Shown in pieces: positions 26,159-40,140 of a stretch of 64,000 nucleotides of DNA. The notes under the pieces were generated by a model, which made no database searches, had not been told where the DNA came from, and saw only the letters and a program-made list of their open reading frames with translations. Position 1 is the stretch's first letter; every line of letters begins with the position of its first letter. This DNA comes from the human T2T-CHM13v2.0 reference genome, Homo sapiens. The stretch lies in the NCBI RefSeq assembly GCF_009914755.1, contig NC_060934.1; one strand, written 5' to 3'. The position numbers were made by a program, and so were the translations under genes.

Positions 26159-26547
26159 TGTGGTAGACCACAGTATTGGACCTAATTTTTTTGCCCTTCC
26201 CTGTGTCCATGAGTGGGTCAGGCTTCCTTGTCTCTTTGCGTTCAGCCATGGGACTTGCTTTGGGCAGTGGGCAGAGGCGATGGTGTCACCAGAGGCCGTG
26301 CACTCTTCTGCTTGCATTCTTGCTCCTCTGCCATCACAATGAGACAAATAAACCCAGGCTTATTGACTGGTCCCAGGAGGAGGATGAGGATCATATGATA
26401 CAGAGCTACTCTTAGCCAATCCAGCCTGGACCAGCTGCCCCAGCCAACCTGCAGACACATGAACCAAATCAGTTCTTTGTCATACATGGCTGAGAATATC
26501 TGATGGTTTGTTACTCAGCCTTTTTGTGGCAGTAGCTCACTGAAATG
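26159..26547 (+). mobile_element. MaLR LTR, MLT1H-like
   Basis: Starts TGTGGTAG; 'gccatgggacttgctttgg', 'cctctgccatcac', 'cagccaacctgcagacacatga', ends 'gtggcagtagctcactga'. Confidence 0.8.
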
Positions 26548-28654
26548 GACACCTAGAAAGGTATTTATAATCCAGCCCCTCACATCCAGATGAGCTTTAG
26601 TGTTGATCTTGGCAATACCTCCCCCACATCACCAATCTAACATGTAATTCTGTCTGTTGGCCACACTTCGCATGCCTGCAAGTGTGAGGAGCTCACTGTT
26701 TCCTGAGGCAGCTGCACATTTGGAAATATAACTGCTGAACTTCTTCATAAGAAGTCAACTCACTCTCTCTTAACTTCTGCTTTTTGGCCCCCAGGGCCAC
26801 ACAGAATTGAATACTCCTCTTTTCTTCCTGACAGCTGTTCAGAGGTGTGAAAAGTGCTCTCACATTCTCCCATATATTTACTGTTAGTGCTAAACATCCC
26901 CTTGTCGCTGGCCATCTCTCACCCCTGTTACAAAGCTCAGCCCTGGGCCATTCCTGCAGCTCCACCAAACTGGGTCGGCTCCATCTTTCTCCTGCTTCAC
27001 AAGCCCGGAGAAAAACAAAATAGCACAGGTGCATCCATCAGAGCAGAACAGCAAAGGGCTGTCCCTGCCCTCTCCCTGGACACTGCTGATGTCCCGTGCA
27101 GTGAGAGCTCTTTGGACTGCCACAGAACATCAATCACATCGATCCTGAGCTGGCCCCAGACAACAAACCGAAGGCATTCTCACACATGCTGTCACTACAC
27201 CAGTCCTCTGCCCTCCTGAAATTTCAGATTCCCAGGTGTCCAAGGCATTTGGAAGAAAGAAAAGTCTACACTTTCTAACCACTCTTATCTACCAGTGTTC
27301 CTAGGAGTGGGAAACAGTTGGAAATCATCTCCAAAGCAGGCAGCAGGGATTGAGCCATTTATGTAGGAGCCCTCCAGTCCCTGGGAAGTGGGAGCCAGGC
27401 TGGGCCCTCTCAGGTCAATTGTATACCTTGTCTCAGAGCCTCTCGCCCCTGAACTGATGGAGAAGGATCCTCTTAGGACCTGCTGGCGCTTGAGAGTTAA
27501 GCTGCAATGAGCTCAAACCAGTTTCAGGGAGAAGTTTTCTCAGTTTAATTCCTGACATTCAGGGCCTTGTCATCAATTACTTGGCCACTTGGCTGGAGCA
27601 TGGCAGCACTGTAAATGTGTGCATACTCTGGGTGCCTGGAGGCCCACGGATCATAAGGCACAGGCCATTTGGCCCACAAGCCAAGCGGAGCCTTGTTTAC
27701 AGAAGCACCTGTGGGCAAGTGGGCATCCCGTGTCCCAGTGGCCTAGAACCAGGAACCCGGTGACTGCCTGGCCCAAGATGGCCCTCTTGCCTTAGCAACA
27801 GCTTGGGTAATTGCATTCCTTTCCATAGTGGCTGTTTAATTATTCATTATCCAACTTGGTCAGGGAGGGGTAGCTTCTTCTGTACCCAGGCTATATCTGT
27901 GAAGTCACAGAATCCAGGGCTGGAAAGGAAGTGAAAGATAATCTTGTCTAATTCAGGCTGGATTTTTTTTCTGCAAACTGTCTCTCTTACATTCCTCCTA
28001 TCAAAGGAAGCTCATGACCTGCCCAAAACAGCTTATCATGATGTGAAATCTCCTTCCTATGGCTTCTACCCACTGCGCCCATATCTGCCTCCTGCAACCC
28101 ATAAACCAAATCCCAATCCTGTAAAGAGCCTATTGGTGAAAACATTACCCACTGTTCTATACCTGTCTTCTTTAAGCCAAATAGCTCCAGTCCCTTCAAC
28201 TATCTGCACTGTCCTCTGTGGCAAGGTTTCTGGCCCACCATACCCAGGACTCCCCTCTGTGGATGTTTCAGGAGACAATAGCATCACCCAAATGCATCAT
28301 GGTGGCTGGTGTGGCATGTAGATCATCAGACAGGGAGCAGGACAAGGCAGCTTTGTTGCCCACAATCTTTCTTATGCCATTTGTTTCTTAAGCCTGTCCC
28401 TCCACCTGGAAAATGAATGGTCCACTCACTGTCAGTGACATAATTTAAGTGAGATGACCAGCGTGGGGGTAAGTCTCAGCACACACCAGTGACTTTGTTG
28501 ACACCAGGATCCCATGACTACCGTTGAGCAAGAAAACCATCCTTTTGTGAACAGTGCCATGAATATGGGGCTGGCCAGCCTTGCAGACCTGCTCTTCCTA
28601 AGAGCCACAGCCCAATAAAGGGAGCCAAGACAAAGAGGAGGGGTCTTTACCCAG

Positions 28655-29093
28655 TGCATTAGTCAGAGCACTTCAGAAAAAGAGAAGCAATAGCACGTGT
28701 GGGTATATAGAACCAGATTTATTTTAGGGAATTGGCTAATGTGATTCTGAGTCCAAAATCTGATCGGGGAGGTCAGTAGGCAGGAGACTCAGGAAAGGTT
28801 GACAGTTTGAGTCCACAGGCAGTCTGCTGGGGAGGAAGGAAGAGGCAATGTTGTAGAGGAAGAACCAAGGCCTCTGCTGGTATAGTTCTCCCTGGAGATC
28901 AGTCTTCCATTCTACCCAGGCCTTCAACTGATTGGATAAGGCCCACCCACATTATGGAGGGTGGTCTGTTTTACTCAAAATCCACCAGTTTAAATGTAAA
29001 TATGATCCGAAACACCCTCACAGGAACATCCAGAATAATATGTGACCACATATCTCAATCCAACTAAGTTGACACATAAAATTAACCATCACA
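28655..29093 (-). mobile_element. ERV-L solo LTR (MLT2B/D-like)
   Basis: 'aagttgacacataaaattaaccatcaca' terminus; perfect 5-bp TSD CCCAG at 28650-28654 and 29094-29098. Confidence 0.92.
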
Positions 29094-29269
29094 CCCAGGA
29101 AGACTCTTATCCAGTGACAGGGCACACAGAATGCAGGACGGACTTGGGATGTTCTTGCCAAGAACAACAATAAAAATGCCACCAAAAGCCTTTCTCAAAT
29201 GGCAGTCTGTCTGTCAAGTTTACATTATCTAAAGACAACACCTGATGTTCACCACACCATTGACTACAA

Positions 29270-29575
29270 TAAAAATGGTTACAAAGTATAGCACTGCCAT
29301 TCAGCCATCAAAACTGATGTGGTGTTGTATATGAATACTTAGGTGGGAAGATGTTTATATATGTATATATACATATATGTATATATTGAAGCATCACAAG
29401 ATATATGTGTAATTGATAGCCATGTATAATAAAGGTATTGATTTTATTCATCAAGATGGTAGCAGCATTTCTCTCCAGATATGTAAATGATGGGTTTCTT
29501 CCTTTTTTTCTCTTGCATGTATTATGCAGCATCCCCATTAATATCCTGCATTACTTGCCAGAGAACACAATAAAT
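29270..29575 (+). mobile_element. Old L1ME-like 3' fragment with a TA-rich run
   Basis: 'cagccatcaaaactgatgtgg', (TA)-rich insert, AT-rich degenerate tail. Confidence 0.45.
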
Positions 29576-29862
29576 ACAAGTTTTTGAAGTAAACAAAATG
29601 ATTTTATGCAGTCATTTCTGTCACCTAACAATGCAGAAAACTGCAATATATTTATATAACATTTGTCTGAGTTATTTTCCAGCAAAATTTAACTAAACTT
29701 TTACATGCCACAGCCTGTGGGTTTTGTTGTTGATGTTGCTATTTTGGTTAAAAAATGTTTTCAATGTTTTTGATCAGATGTAACAAAGCACTCCATAAAA
29801 GCTATTAAGTACTGTGCACATATCAGTTATTTCTAGAAGACATTCTGTTCTTAAACAGTGGC

Positions 29863-30260
29863 TGTCTTGTTCCACTCCTGCTGCTATAACAAAACACCTT
29901 AGACTGAGTAATTTACAAAGAACGGAAGTGTATTGCTCACAGTTCTAGAGGCTGGGAAGTCCAAAATCAAGGCACTAGCAGATTCAGTGTCTGGCGAAGG
30001 CTGCTCTCTGCTTCCAAGAGGGTGTCTTATGGCTGCACCCTCTGAAGAGGATGCAGCTGTGTTCTCACATGGCAGAAGGGATGGAAGGACAAAGGGACAG
30101 ATAGCTCCCTAGACCTCTTTTATGAGGTCATTAATCCCATTCATGAAGGATCTGCCCTCATGACTTAATCATTTCCTAAAGGCCCTACCTCTTAATACCA
30201 TCACACTGGTGATCAAGTTTCAACATATGAATTTAAGGGTAACACATTCAGACCACAGCA
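29863..30260 (-). mobile_element. MaLR solo LTR (MSTD/MLT1A-like)
   Basis: 'gctgctataacaaaacaccttagactgagtaattt...gctcacagttctagaggctgggaagtccaaaatcaagg' to 'cattcagaccacagca'; near-TSD GTGGC/CTGGC. Confidence 0.9.
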
Positions 30261-30482
30261 CTGGCCATAGTTAACTCCTTCGCAGTCGTATTAACAAATA
30301 ATCATCCCACATTTTCTGCTCTTAGCTGTCATTTCTGGTGAATCTTCAGGGCTCTTATCTGTAATATTTTTCACAACAACTGTGTGTCCATGGGAAGAAA
30401 CATCTCACCTCTTATCTGGAGTCACATGCATGGTCTTTATAACTGCTGTTTCTCAACTTCTGGTCAATAAGGCCTTACTGTG

Positions 30483-30693
30483 TATGGGTTTCTCAACCTT
30501 GGCACTGTTGACATATTGGGTTGAAAAATTCTTGTGAGGGCCGTCCTGTGCACTGTAGGATCTTCAACAGCATCTCTGGCCTCTACGCACTAGACTCCAG
30601 TAGCAAACTTCAAGTTGTGACATCTAAAAATGTCTCTAGACATTGATAAATATCCCCTGGGGGAGCAAAATCACCCCTGGTTGAGAATTGCTG
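30483..30693 (-). mobile_element. MER20 (hAT-Charlie MITE)
   Basis: 'ttctcaaccttggcactgttgacat...gttgtgacatctaaaaatgtctctagacattg...gcaaaatcacccctggttgagaa'. Confidence 0.9.
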
Positions 30694-31558
30694 CTGTATT
30701 TTGTTAATGATCCACATACCCTAGAGCAACAGAGGAGGAAAGAATGATCAGATAAGCGTCCGGAAGGACATAGAAATTCCTTTGCCCATGTAGCACCCCC
30801 ACTCCTCCCTATGCCCGTCTGATTGGATCTGACTGACCTGTGCTCTCTGGAGTCCAGCTCAAAGCTCTTTTAGAGAGACCCACACTGCTGTAACCAGGGC
30901 CACCTAGGCCATCTACCTGCTAGCAGCATTGGTCTGAGGCCATATCAACACAGAAGCCAGTGGAGAGAGGGTGCTGGGAAGAAGAAACCATGAGTGCATG
31001 GGGAAGTGGGAAGATGCAGACACATTTACAAGGCATTCAAACAGCCAAAGGAAGCTCAAAGTAGACAAGAAGGCCATGGGGATGGGGATGTCTCTCTTGC
31101 TGGGCCTGGATCTCAGAGGGTCTGGTCCCCTAAGTTAGCCAGATCACAGGTCCTCCTTCCCCCTGTTCCCTAAGAGCTGGGCCTGCAGGCGGGGATGCCA
31201 TTTTAACCATACAGGGATTGGGGGAAAAGGAAAGGAAAATGCCATTCCAGATCTCCTTCACGCCTGCCTCTGTAACTTTTGTGCTATTTTCAGTTTTGGC
31301 ATGAAAAAAAAAAACACACCCTGATCAGAGCCTAGGGAGCAGATGAAGGGGATCATGCTTGACATGTAATCAGTACGGCTTCATGGCTCTGAGAGGTACC
31401 CTTGATCTGGCCTCCAGCTTTTCTTGGCTCATTCAGAGCCTGGGAGCAGTCCATTCCACATACAATCTCAGAACACAACTCCCTCAGCTTGGAGCTCAAA
31501 CACCTTCAATGGCTCCCTGCTTTCTGCAAGATAAATCTCAACTGCACGGCATGGTCTT

Positions 31559-32014
31559 CGTGTGAGATTCCTGCAGCTGCTGTAATGAATGACCAACAGC
31601 AGTGTGGCTTAAAACAACAGAAGTGTATTCTCGTACACTTCTGGGGGCCATAAGTCTAAAATCAAGGTGTTAGCAGGGCTGGCTCCTTCAGGAGGCTCTG
31701 TGAGAGAAGGCTCCAGGCCTCTCTCCTGGCTTCTGAGGTTGCTGGCCATCCTTGGCATCCTTAGCTTGCAGCTGCATCACCTGACCTCTGCCTCCATCCT
31801 CACATGACCTTCTCTCCATTGTTTTGTCTTCTCTCCTCTTTTTCTTAAGAGAACATTGGATTGTCATTGCATTTGGAGCCCACCTGGATAATCCAGGATG
31901 ATCTCATCCTTACCTTAGTTATATCTACAAAAACCTTTATTCCAAATAAGGTTACATTCACACAGTCTAGCTGGGCATTGTTTTTGTGGGGGGGGCATTA
32001 TTCAACTCAGTAAA
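31559..32014 (-). mobile_element. MaLR solo LTR (MLT1B/C-like)
   Basis: 'ggcttaaaacaacagaagtgtattctc', 'aaatcaaggtgttagcagggc', 'ggataatccaggatgatctcatc', 'ccaaataaggttacattcac'. Confidence 0.9.
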
Positions 32015-33769
32015 GTCTTCAAGGGCCTCCAAAGGAGGCTTCATTCATTTGTTCACTCACTGATCCATTGATTCAGTTGATGACCCATGCTTGGCACATA
32101 CCCTTCTGGGCCAACCTCCTGCCTGCTTTTCATGGATCCTGTTCCATTTCCCTTTTCCCCTATTCTCCACCCCTTCTCAGGGCCCAGCTATATTCCCATC
32201 CCCTCCAGGAAGTCTTCCTTGACTTTTAGCCCACACTGATGTGCCCTTTAGCAACATAACTCCATTCAGATCCCTGTCTGGCTTACTGCAATCTGATGAC
32301 TGGCTGGGGCTGTCTTTGCAAGGCCTCCTGCAAGTCACTCACCAGACATGTATCGACCTCAGCTTAGGTAGAATCAGAAATAATCCACTCTGAAGTACAA
32401 ACTGTGCCTGCCCAGGTGTGTTCAGGGGTAAGGGACAGAGTGGGGAGGAAAGTCCCTACCACCAGTAACTTACAAATTATAGCCACTGTGAGTCTCTCTT
32501 TTCTCCTCACTACCCTACAATTCCCACTTCACCTATGAGAAGGCAGGATCTGCAGTTCCTTGGCTTATTCAAATTCATGAAACGAGTCAGCAGCAGCCCT
32601 AGGACTGGAGACATGTTTACATGTAATCCCATCACCAGACCTCAGAGAGGATGGCTGGGACAGAAGTCCCTGCAAACAGACTTCAGTTATTGGCACTTGT
32701 CACACTGTTTCATTTACAAACACTCCTCCTTCCACATAGATTTCCTTCCATCTTCTGAGTCTGCTGTCACTGTTTGTTGGCAAAGGCCCCCCCGGTCAAA
32801 TGCCAGTGACTAGAGAAGCAGCCTCCAGGTAGCCTTGAGTGGTCCTCGCAGTGTGGTTCATGGGCAGGGCTTCACATGGGACAGGCTCCTCCCACTTACC
32901 AGCGGAGGGACCTCCCACCCCCAGAGGCTGCACAGAGGCATAGGAAGACCTTCCCACTCCTGAACCCCTTCCCTCTCCAGCCACCTTGCCTTGCTCGCCA
33001 GGGTTCATCATTGCACCGTTCATTGCTGCCATGCTATTCCTTCTGCCCAGAAAGCAACCCCTCCCTATCAACCCTACTCACTGTCAACACTCATAGCAGA
33101 TGCCATCTTCACTGCCATCCCTGCCTGTCCCAGGTTCCCTCCACTCTGTGTTCATGCTCCCACTGTAAGCACTCAGCCCGTTGTGTTACAAAAGGAGAGT
33201 CCCTTCTCGATCTCCTTCACACGTGCCTCTGCAATTCTGTGTTAGAGCTGACCCCTCGGCCACACCCAGCACCCAGAGAGTTGGATGATGGTCATTCATC
33301 TTTGTTACCTGGCCCCAAGATGGGGCCAAGAAGTCATAGAGGTGGCTCTCCTTGTTTTCAGCAATTTACTTGTTCTAGGCTATGACTTCATAGCGATCTC
33401 TGTTTATCAGAATCATTCGTGCATTTATTACAAGCACCTAGGCTCTCAAAATAAGCCTTGGGGCTCCCTCCCTTCCACCTTCCTGTTCCTAACTGTGGCT
33501 AAAACAGGACAGTTGAGGAAAACATGAGGGATACATGTCCACAATAATACGTCTTCCCAGACACATTCTTTAATAGCAAAGTCAAGAAACCCTTCCACTA
33601 GTTTCACAAAAGACTGAATCTGCCCCTTGACTCTAGCTCTGTGAGTAGTACCTTTATTTTATGGATAAAAATGTGGATAGACTAGAGAAGATTCCAAGAA
33701 AAACAAATGAAATTTCAAGAATGCATGACAGTAACCAAAAGCATTTACTTATTTACTTACCTTTTTTTT

Positions 33770-34755
33770 TATTTAAACAGTTTTTTTGGGGGTAAAATTG
33801 CCACACAGTAAGCTACACAGATTTAGAGTAAATAATTTGATAAATTTTGACAAACGTACACACTGTAAAGCCATCAAGATAGTGAATATTTCCACTGCTC
33901 TCCCGCCAAAGTTTCCTCTGGCTCTTCCATAGCCCTCCTAACCCCGCCCCCTCAACCACTGAAGCACTGTGACTACAGATTAGTTTGCATATCCTAGAAT
34001 TGTATACAAATGGATCATTGAGTGAATACACACTTTTGTCTAGCTTATTTTAATCCTCATAATTATTTTAAGATTCATCCAGGTCATGGTGTGTATCAAT
34101 TATTCATTCCTTTTTATTACTGAGTAGTATGCCATTATGAAGATATATCATTGTAAAGATATACCATTCATCTGTTGATTGACATTTGGATTTTTCCCAG
34201 TTTGGGGCTATAGTTAATAAAGCTGCTATGAACATTAGTTTACAAGTTTTGTAAAAACATGTGTTTTAATTTCTCTTGGGTGAATACCGAAGACTGAATG
34301 GCTGGGTCATATGGTGTGTGTATGATTGGCTTTCCAAGAAATTTACAAACTGTTTTCCAATGTGATTGTGCCATTTTATATACCCACCACTGTGTGTGAG
34401 GGCTCTGGTTCTTTCCCATAGTCACCGACAGTGTTTTAGTTTTACCCACTCTAATAAACAGTAGTATCTTATTATGGTTTTAATTTGCATTTCCCTAGTT
34501 ACTAATGATGATGAGCATCTTTTCATGTATTTGTTTTCCGTCCATACATCTTCTTTGGTAAAGCCTCTATTCAAATAGTTTGCTCAGTTTTTTTTATTGG
34601 GTTGTTTTCTTATTATTGATTTTTGGAAGTTCTTCAAATATTTGGACACAAGTTCTATATTTCCTCCAAGTGAGTGCCTTGTTTTCCTTTTTTTCATTTT
34701 CTTAAGAAAAAGAGCAGAAGTTTTTAATTTTGCTGAAGTTCCATTTATCAGCTTA
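33770..34755 (-). mobile_element. L1MB/L1MC-like 3' fragment
   Basis: Minus ORF 'WKTVCKFLGKPIIHTPYDPAI' resembles the ORF2 C-terminus; typical L1M 3'UTR. Confidence 0.88.
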
Positions 34756-36324
34756 TTACTTCGTAACTGTAAGATTATTGATTTAAAACAAAGAAAGCTG
34801 AGTGGCTTACAGTATCTAATAATTCAAAGTTTATGCCAAGCCTACTATGTGCCAGGAACTGTTTGGCCCCAAGGAGAAAAAAGTACAAGACATGATGCCT
34901 GTTTACACAGAGCTCAATGCACAGTAGGGGAGGTGAAGGGAGAACCTGATTAAATTCGATCCACATTATTGGCACCAGGAGAGAGGGACAAAGAGGGTCA
35001 TGGAGTTCATGGGAGGCAATGGAAGGAAAAAGGTATGAGAAAGTAAGGTGGGCATTTTCAGCTGGGTCTCACCCTGAGCTCAGGCTTTAGGAAGAAAATT
35101 TTCCTTGGCTTTTGGTTTGTTTCTGGGAAGGCCATCCTGATCATTTGCTTTGTTCATTTCCAAGGAGGATGAAATGTTGAGCAACGGACCTCAATGAAAG
35201 CAAGAGAGGTTTGGATCAAATATGGAGCAGAGCTTGATAAAGAGGATGTCAAGACAAGGGGAAAAAAAAGACCAAGAAAGAAGGGGGAAGGAAGATTAGT
35301 GGCAAAGAAATATCAAGGGAAGTCTCGACTCATAAAATAGAAATTAATGGATTACAGAGCAAGGACATTAAGAAAGATCTTTAAGAGGTTGCAGGAAATG
35401 GGGGAATTAGGGCAAAGCTGAGCTGTCATGTGGAACATTTTACATAACAAACTACTGGTTAAAGCTAATATAAGCTTTATATTATAAAGGGTAAGAGACA
35501 GCATGTGCCCAAGAGAGGAGAAATGAGAGACAGGATAATAGTCAGGATCCAAGCCCTGACTCAGAGGCAGCTCACTTGGCTGTGTACTCAATACTCCTAG
35601 AGGCCAGGCTATTGTCATCTGGAACTTGGGTCACTTACATGGGCTTGGAACAGAATCCACCAGTCCAGGATGATTTGGTGGATGGAGGGCAGATTTTTTT
35701 TTTACTGCAGCATCTTCAGAAGGCCTTTTCAGGTAGTATTTACCTTGGAAGTTGCTTCTTTCCCAAGGGGAAACATTAAAAAATCAGGAGCTACAAACAT
35801 CTTATCTTCTGCTGTAATGTAGCTTGGAAGTGCAGCAGAGTGCCAGTGGAGAATGGAGAGGGGCTCAGCCAGAGAAATTGCTCCTCGCATATACACTCAG
35901 TGAACTGTGTCGCAAAGGGTAAGTCTTCTCAGTTCCAGCATCTGATGGTCATGACGCATGCTGACTGGTAGGAATGGGGATAGCCAGGGTTAGAGACAAG
36001 GAGTTGGTGGAGAATTTCCACCTAACATGTAAACTGTGTGATAACAGCTGAAGACGCCATCTGCAGTTGGAATAAAAACCCAGACATGGCCATTCCAACA
36101 CAAGGCATTGGGGAACATGGGACAGCGAGGGGTACAGGGCATGAGAAGATGACACCAAACCAAAGATGGGAAGCAGACAATCTCATGGCTATCCCGAGGT
36201 CTTTTGTTTTTCTGTCTCTACAACTTTAACCCCGGAGCTGTCAATGCCTCTGTTTCCTCTGTGCAATTGAACACAAGGGAACACATACTCCATCTCACGC
36301 AGCATCCTCCATCATTCTCAACTA

Positions 36325-36788
36325 TTTTAGTGGAGATTAAAACTGCAGCTAACTGGAAGGTAAAATAAGACTGTGGCTTAAATAAGAGAAAAGCTTGTGT
36401 ATTTTTTATATAAAAGTCTGGGCAGGCAAATCAAGGGCCAATATTGGGTCCCATTGGGTCAGGGACCCAGGAACTTTCTAGATCTCTATCTCGCCATCTC
36501 TGCAGTGTGGCCCTTGCTCTCATAGTCCAAGGCATTTATGTTCCAGGAGAGAGAAAATGATGAAGAAAGAGGTAAAGGGTGCACTCCAGGTCTCTCAAGG
36601 AAAGGACGTGGAAGTTATCACAGGACAGGCACTTCTGCTAACCTCCCACTGACCGGGACTTAGTCACATGGCCATGCAATGTGACTGGGAAGCACAGTCC
36701 TGATTCAGAGCAGCCACGCACCCTAATAAACATTCTAATCCAGTGGGAGAAGGGGAAATGGATCTTGGACAACTAGTAGTCTGACATG
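36325..36788 (-). mobile_element. MaLR LTR, MLT1J-like
   Basis: 'gtggcttaaataaga', 'tcagggacccagg', 'cacttctgct...acttagtcacatggcca', 'gaaatggatcttggacaactag'. Confidence 0.72.
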
Positions 36789-37439
36789 TTGACTAATCAG
36801 TCACAAAGTCCTAAATAAGGGAAAACACAAAGACATCATCATGTATTGACCTGCACGCTACTTGGCAATTGCCATGAAGTTTCTGGCACCCAGAGTGGGC
36901 ACACCAAATAAATAATTCCCCATTAGAGGAGTCTGGGAGGGCAAAGCAGAAGCTAGGACTTGAAAGGGAGTTTATAGGACAGAGTTAAAAAGGAAAGGGG
37001 CAAAGCGAGGGTGGAATCATGCTCTGGGGGCTATGTTCTCCAGTGTAGCTGAGAAGCTGGGGAACCTGGGGGAATAATGAGGAGAAAAGCAGCAATTTGA
37101 GTGTGCACATTGGGAGAAAAGTCAAGAGAGAGAAAGAACAGAAATGGAGTATGGCACATGAGCCGAGTGATGGGTTGGGGTTTTTGTCTTTTGATGGTAG
37201 GGAAAGAACTTCACATTGAATAAGTTCTTCTTAAACACTTGCTCTATGCACGGTCTCATATTGGGACCATGAAATAAAGGAGGAGAAACAAGACAGAGTC
37301 CCTGCCCTCAGGGAACTTCCAGTCTCAGCATGTAAACTTGTATACCTTACAATGCTATATAGTACTTTTGAACCGACCTCTTCAAAAATTTCATCTTAGT
37401 TTATAAACATGGTAGCTGAAATATTTACCAAACAGATAT

Positions 37440-37735
37440 TCAATAGATCAAGATCTGACATCAGACACTGGCTTTTAACTCATCCTCTGTCACCTACATG
37501 GTGACTTTTTAGCACCAAAAGTTCCATATCCTGGACAAACTGAGATGGTTGGTCACCCTTGCTATGTATAAGCTTCATGTTCTTGGGCAAGTTACTTGAC
37601 CTCTTCCGATCTCAGTTTCTTCAACTGGAAAATGGGAATAATAATCATTTTGGCCTTTCATGATAGTCATGGACATTAAATGGGAATATGTTAATCGGGC
37701 TTAGCAGAGTGCCTAGCACAAGTGTTAATATTATC
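37440..37735 (+). mobile_element. MIR interrupted by a MER94-like hAT-Blackjack MITE (~37498-37559)
   Basis: MIR core 'ttgggcaagttacttgacctc...ctcagtttcttcaactggaaaatgggaataataat'; insert with reverse terminus AGGGTGACCAACCATCTCAGTTTGTCC. Confidence 0.72.
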
Positions 37736-38129
37736 CTTTATGGTTACTCTTAATAGAACTGTTATGGAGCTGATGGAGTCACATATATTTTACCCACAAT
37801 CTTCTGGATGAAAACTACATGCTGCACTGGAATAAGTGAACTTGAGTATTTATGATGGTTTTGTAACATATTTCTCAGGAATGGCAAGGAGCTACTGTTA
37901 CTGGAAAATTTTCTTTTCAAATTCAATATACATCTCCAATTTCCCTTCTTTCATCTTCTCTGTATACTAATCATTTTTCCCATTGTCATGGGATCTGAAA
38001 TAAGAATATCTTGTGAACATCCATGTAAAGTAATTGTCTGAAATGTTATAATAAATTTGCTTTTAAAAGGCAATTTCAAGTAGGTTATAGGAATGATAGG
38101 AAAATCTTTTTTAAACTTCCTGTTTTTAT

Positions 38130-40140
38130 TCACTCCTTCTTTCAATGAGTATTTAATTGTGCTATTATTCGCTGTCAAGCAACATGCCAGGCGCTGGGTA
38201 CACAAGAATAAAAAGCCCCAATCTCTGCTCTTAAGGAACTCCCCTGAAGAGATGGATCATATATTGCATATGAGCAATAAATACAGAGATGCAGGTGCTC
38301 ACCAGGCTGATGAGAATCCCTCAATGTACTTGACAGAATCAGATAGAGTTTCTAAAAGAAGTATTGGATGAGCTAACTCCTGCATTCCAGGTGAACAGAG
38401 AAGGTGCATAATGGGAAAGGCACTGAAGTAAAAAGCCCCAGCGCCGTTCAGGTGACTATTGGGGTTCAGATGATGCAGAAGAGGGTGGTGGAGACTTTGT
38501 TGGCAAATTCATCCAACAAATATTTGCTGAGTACCTATTATATGAATGGTATCATTGAATATACAAGACACAGATGCTGTCCTTGGAAAGCTTAGGACTT
38601 AGAAGGGGAAATAAGATGCACACACAAACAACTAATGCAAGATACCTGTTATGGATTGAATGTTTATGCTTCCCTCAAATTCATATGTTGAAGCCCTAAC
38701 CCCCAGTGTGGCTGTATTTGGAGACGGAGGCTCTAAGGAAGTAAATAAAATTAATTGAGGCCATAAAGGTGGGGCTCTGATCCCATAGGATTAGTGTCCT
38801 TGTAAGAAGAGGCACCAGAGAGTGCTCCCTACCCCACACCCCAAACTGAGCATGCACTGAGGAAAGTGAGAAGGTGACTCTCTGCAAGTCAGGAAGAGAG
38901 CCTCACCAGACACCGAACTGGCTGGAACCTTGTTCTTGGACTACCAGCTTCCAGATGTGAGAAAATTAACCCCCATTGTTTAACTCATCCAGTCTGTGGT
39001 ATTTTGTTATAGCAGCCTGAGCTGACTAATACCAATAGCCATGATGTGACACAGGGGGAAGGAACAAAGTAGCACTGAACTCAGAGGAGTGGAGATATCT
39101 GCTGCCTCAGGGAGCCAGAACCAACTTGCAGGTGTTTAGGTGAACTTGATAGTAGGAGAACATTCCAGCTATTGGAAGTGTCCTGGGCTAGCTGGTAGCA
39201 TGAAAACTCACAGCTTTCACTTGTCTGGAGGATCTGGCATGTGTGATGCAGAAGCATGCAGGACACACTGAGGTCATGTTGTGAAGGGCTTTGAAAGTCA
39301 AGATGAAGACTCTGGGCTTCCTTGAGGAGGCATGAGGGCACATTGGTGGTTTTAAACAAGCAGAGTTTCATTTAGCACTATTCCTTGGGCTGAGTAACCT
39401 GGAGGTCCCTGGAAAGGCTCAACCCTAGAAGTGATTGCAGCAACGCAGGTGAGGATGCAGTGTAGGGCAACAGAGGTGGCATGTGGCAAGAGAGATCCAG
39501 GAGGTCAGATCAACTACATTTGGCAACTTTTGGATTTGGACCAGAGAAAGGTGGAAAATAAATGTTAATAATAAGAGAGTTGAAAACAAGGTAAGCTCAT
39601 AAAATCAACTTGCTGACTTGTCAATTTGTAGATCACTTACTCCTAGAGTAGTCCACGTGAAACTTAGGCTGAATGGTCGGCACCAGGCAAAGACTTCACT
39701 TCCTTCTGTTATGCCTGGCTGTTGTCCAGTCTGGAACCTGAGTGATGAGGCTACTAAAAGTGAGCATGCAACCAGGAGTAGAATGAGCTCTAGGGCAAGG
39801 GTGATGTTTTCCTTCTTGATTATTTCAGCCTGAAGTGGGACCAAGCAGTTGAAAAGTACCACTGCCTCTCAGAGAGATGGAAGCCAAGAGAGTGGATCTG
39901 GAAGTCCAAGTGCTTAGAGGAACACTCTTGTGATGGAGACAGAAAAAGACAGCAGAAGATCTGGGAACAGCCTGCATTTAGAATGTTAGAGAAGGAAGGA
40001 GAAACATAAGAGGAGACTAAAGTCTTTAGAATAATTGGGCTACAAACCAGGATAATGTTCAGGGACCATTGGAGGAAGGACCCAATGGAGGAGGGAATTT
40101 CAGGAAAGAATCATGGTCAGTTGTGCCAATGACTGCAAAT
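38130..40140 (-). mobile_element. LINE-2 fragments interrupted by an MLT1A LTR
   Basis: 'attcatccaacaaatatttgctgagtacctatta', 'ggcacattggtggttttaaacaag', 'gaagccaagagagtggatctggaagtc'. Confidence 0.62.
38647..39033 (+). mobile_element. MaLR solo LTR (MLT1A-like)
   Basis: Starts TGTTATGGATTGAATG; 'caaattcatatgttgaagccctaacc'; ends 'ggtattttgttatagcagcctgagctgactaatac'. Confidence 0.92.

Noticed and set aside
29357-29386. Palindromic TA-rich run
   Set aside because: Ordinary low-complexity (TA)n-like sequence inside an old L1M fragment.
32876-33385. 169-aa ORF rich in Cys/His/Pro
   Set aside because: No zinc-finger spacing or known motif; overlaps degenerate L2-like sequence.
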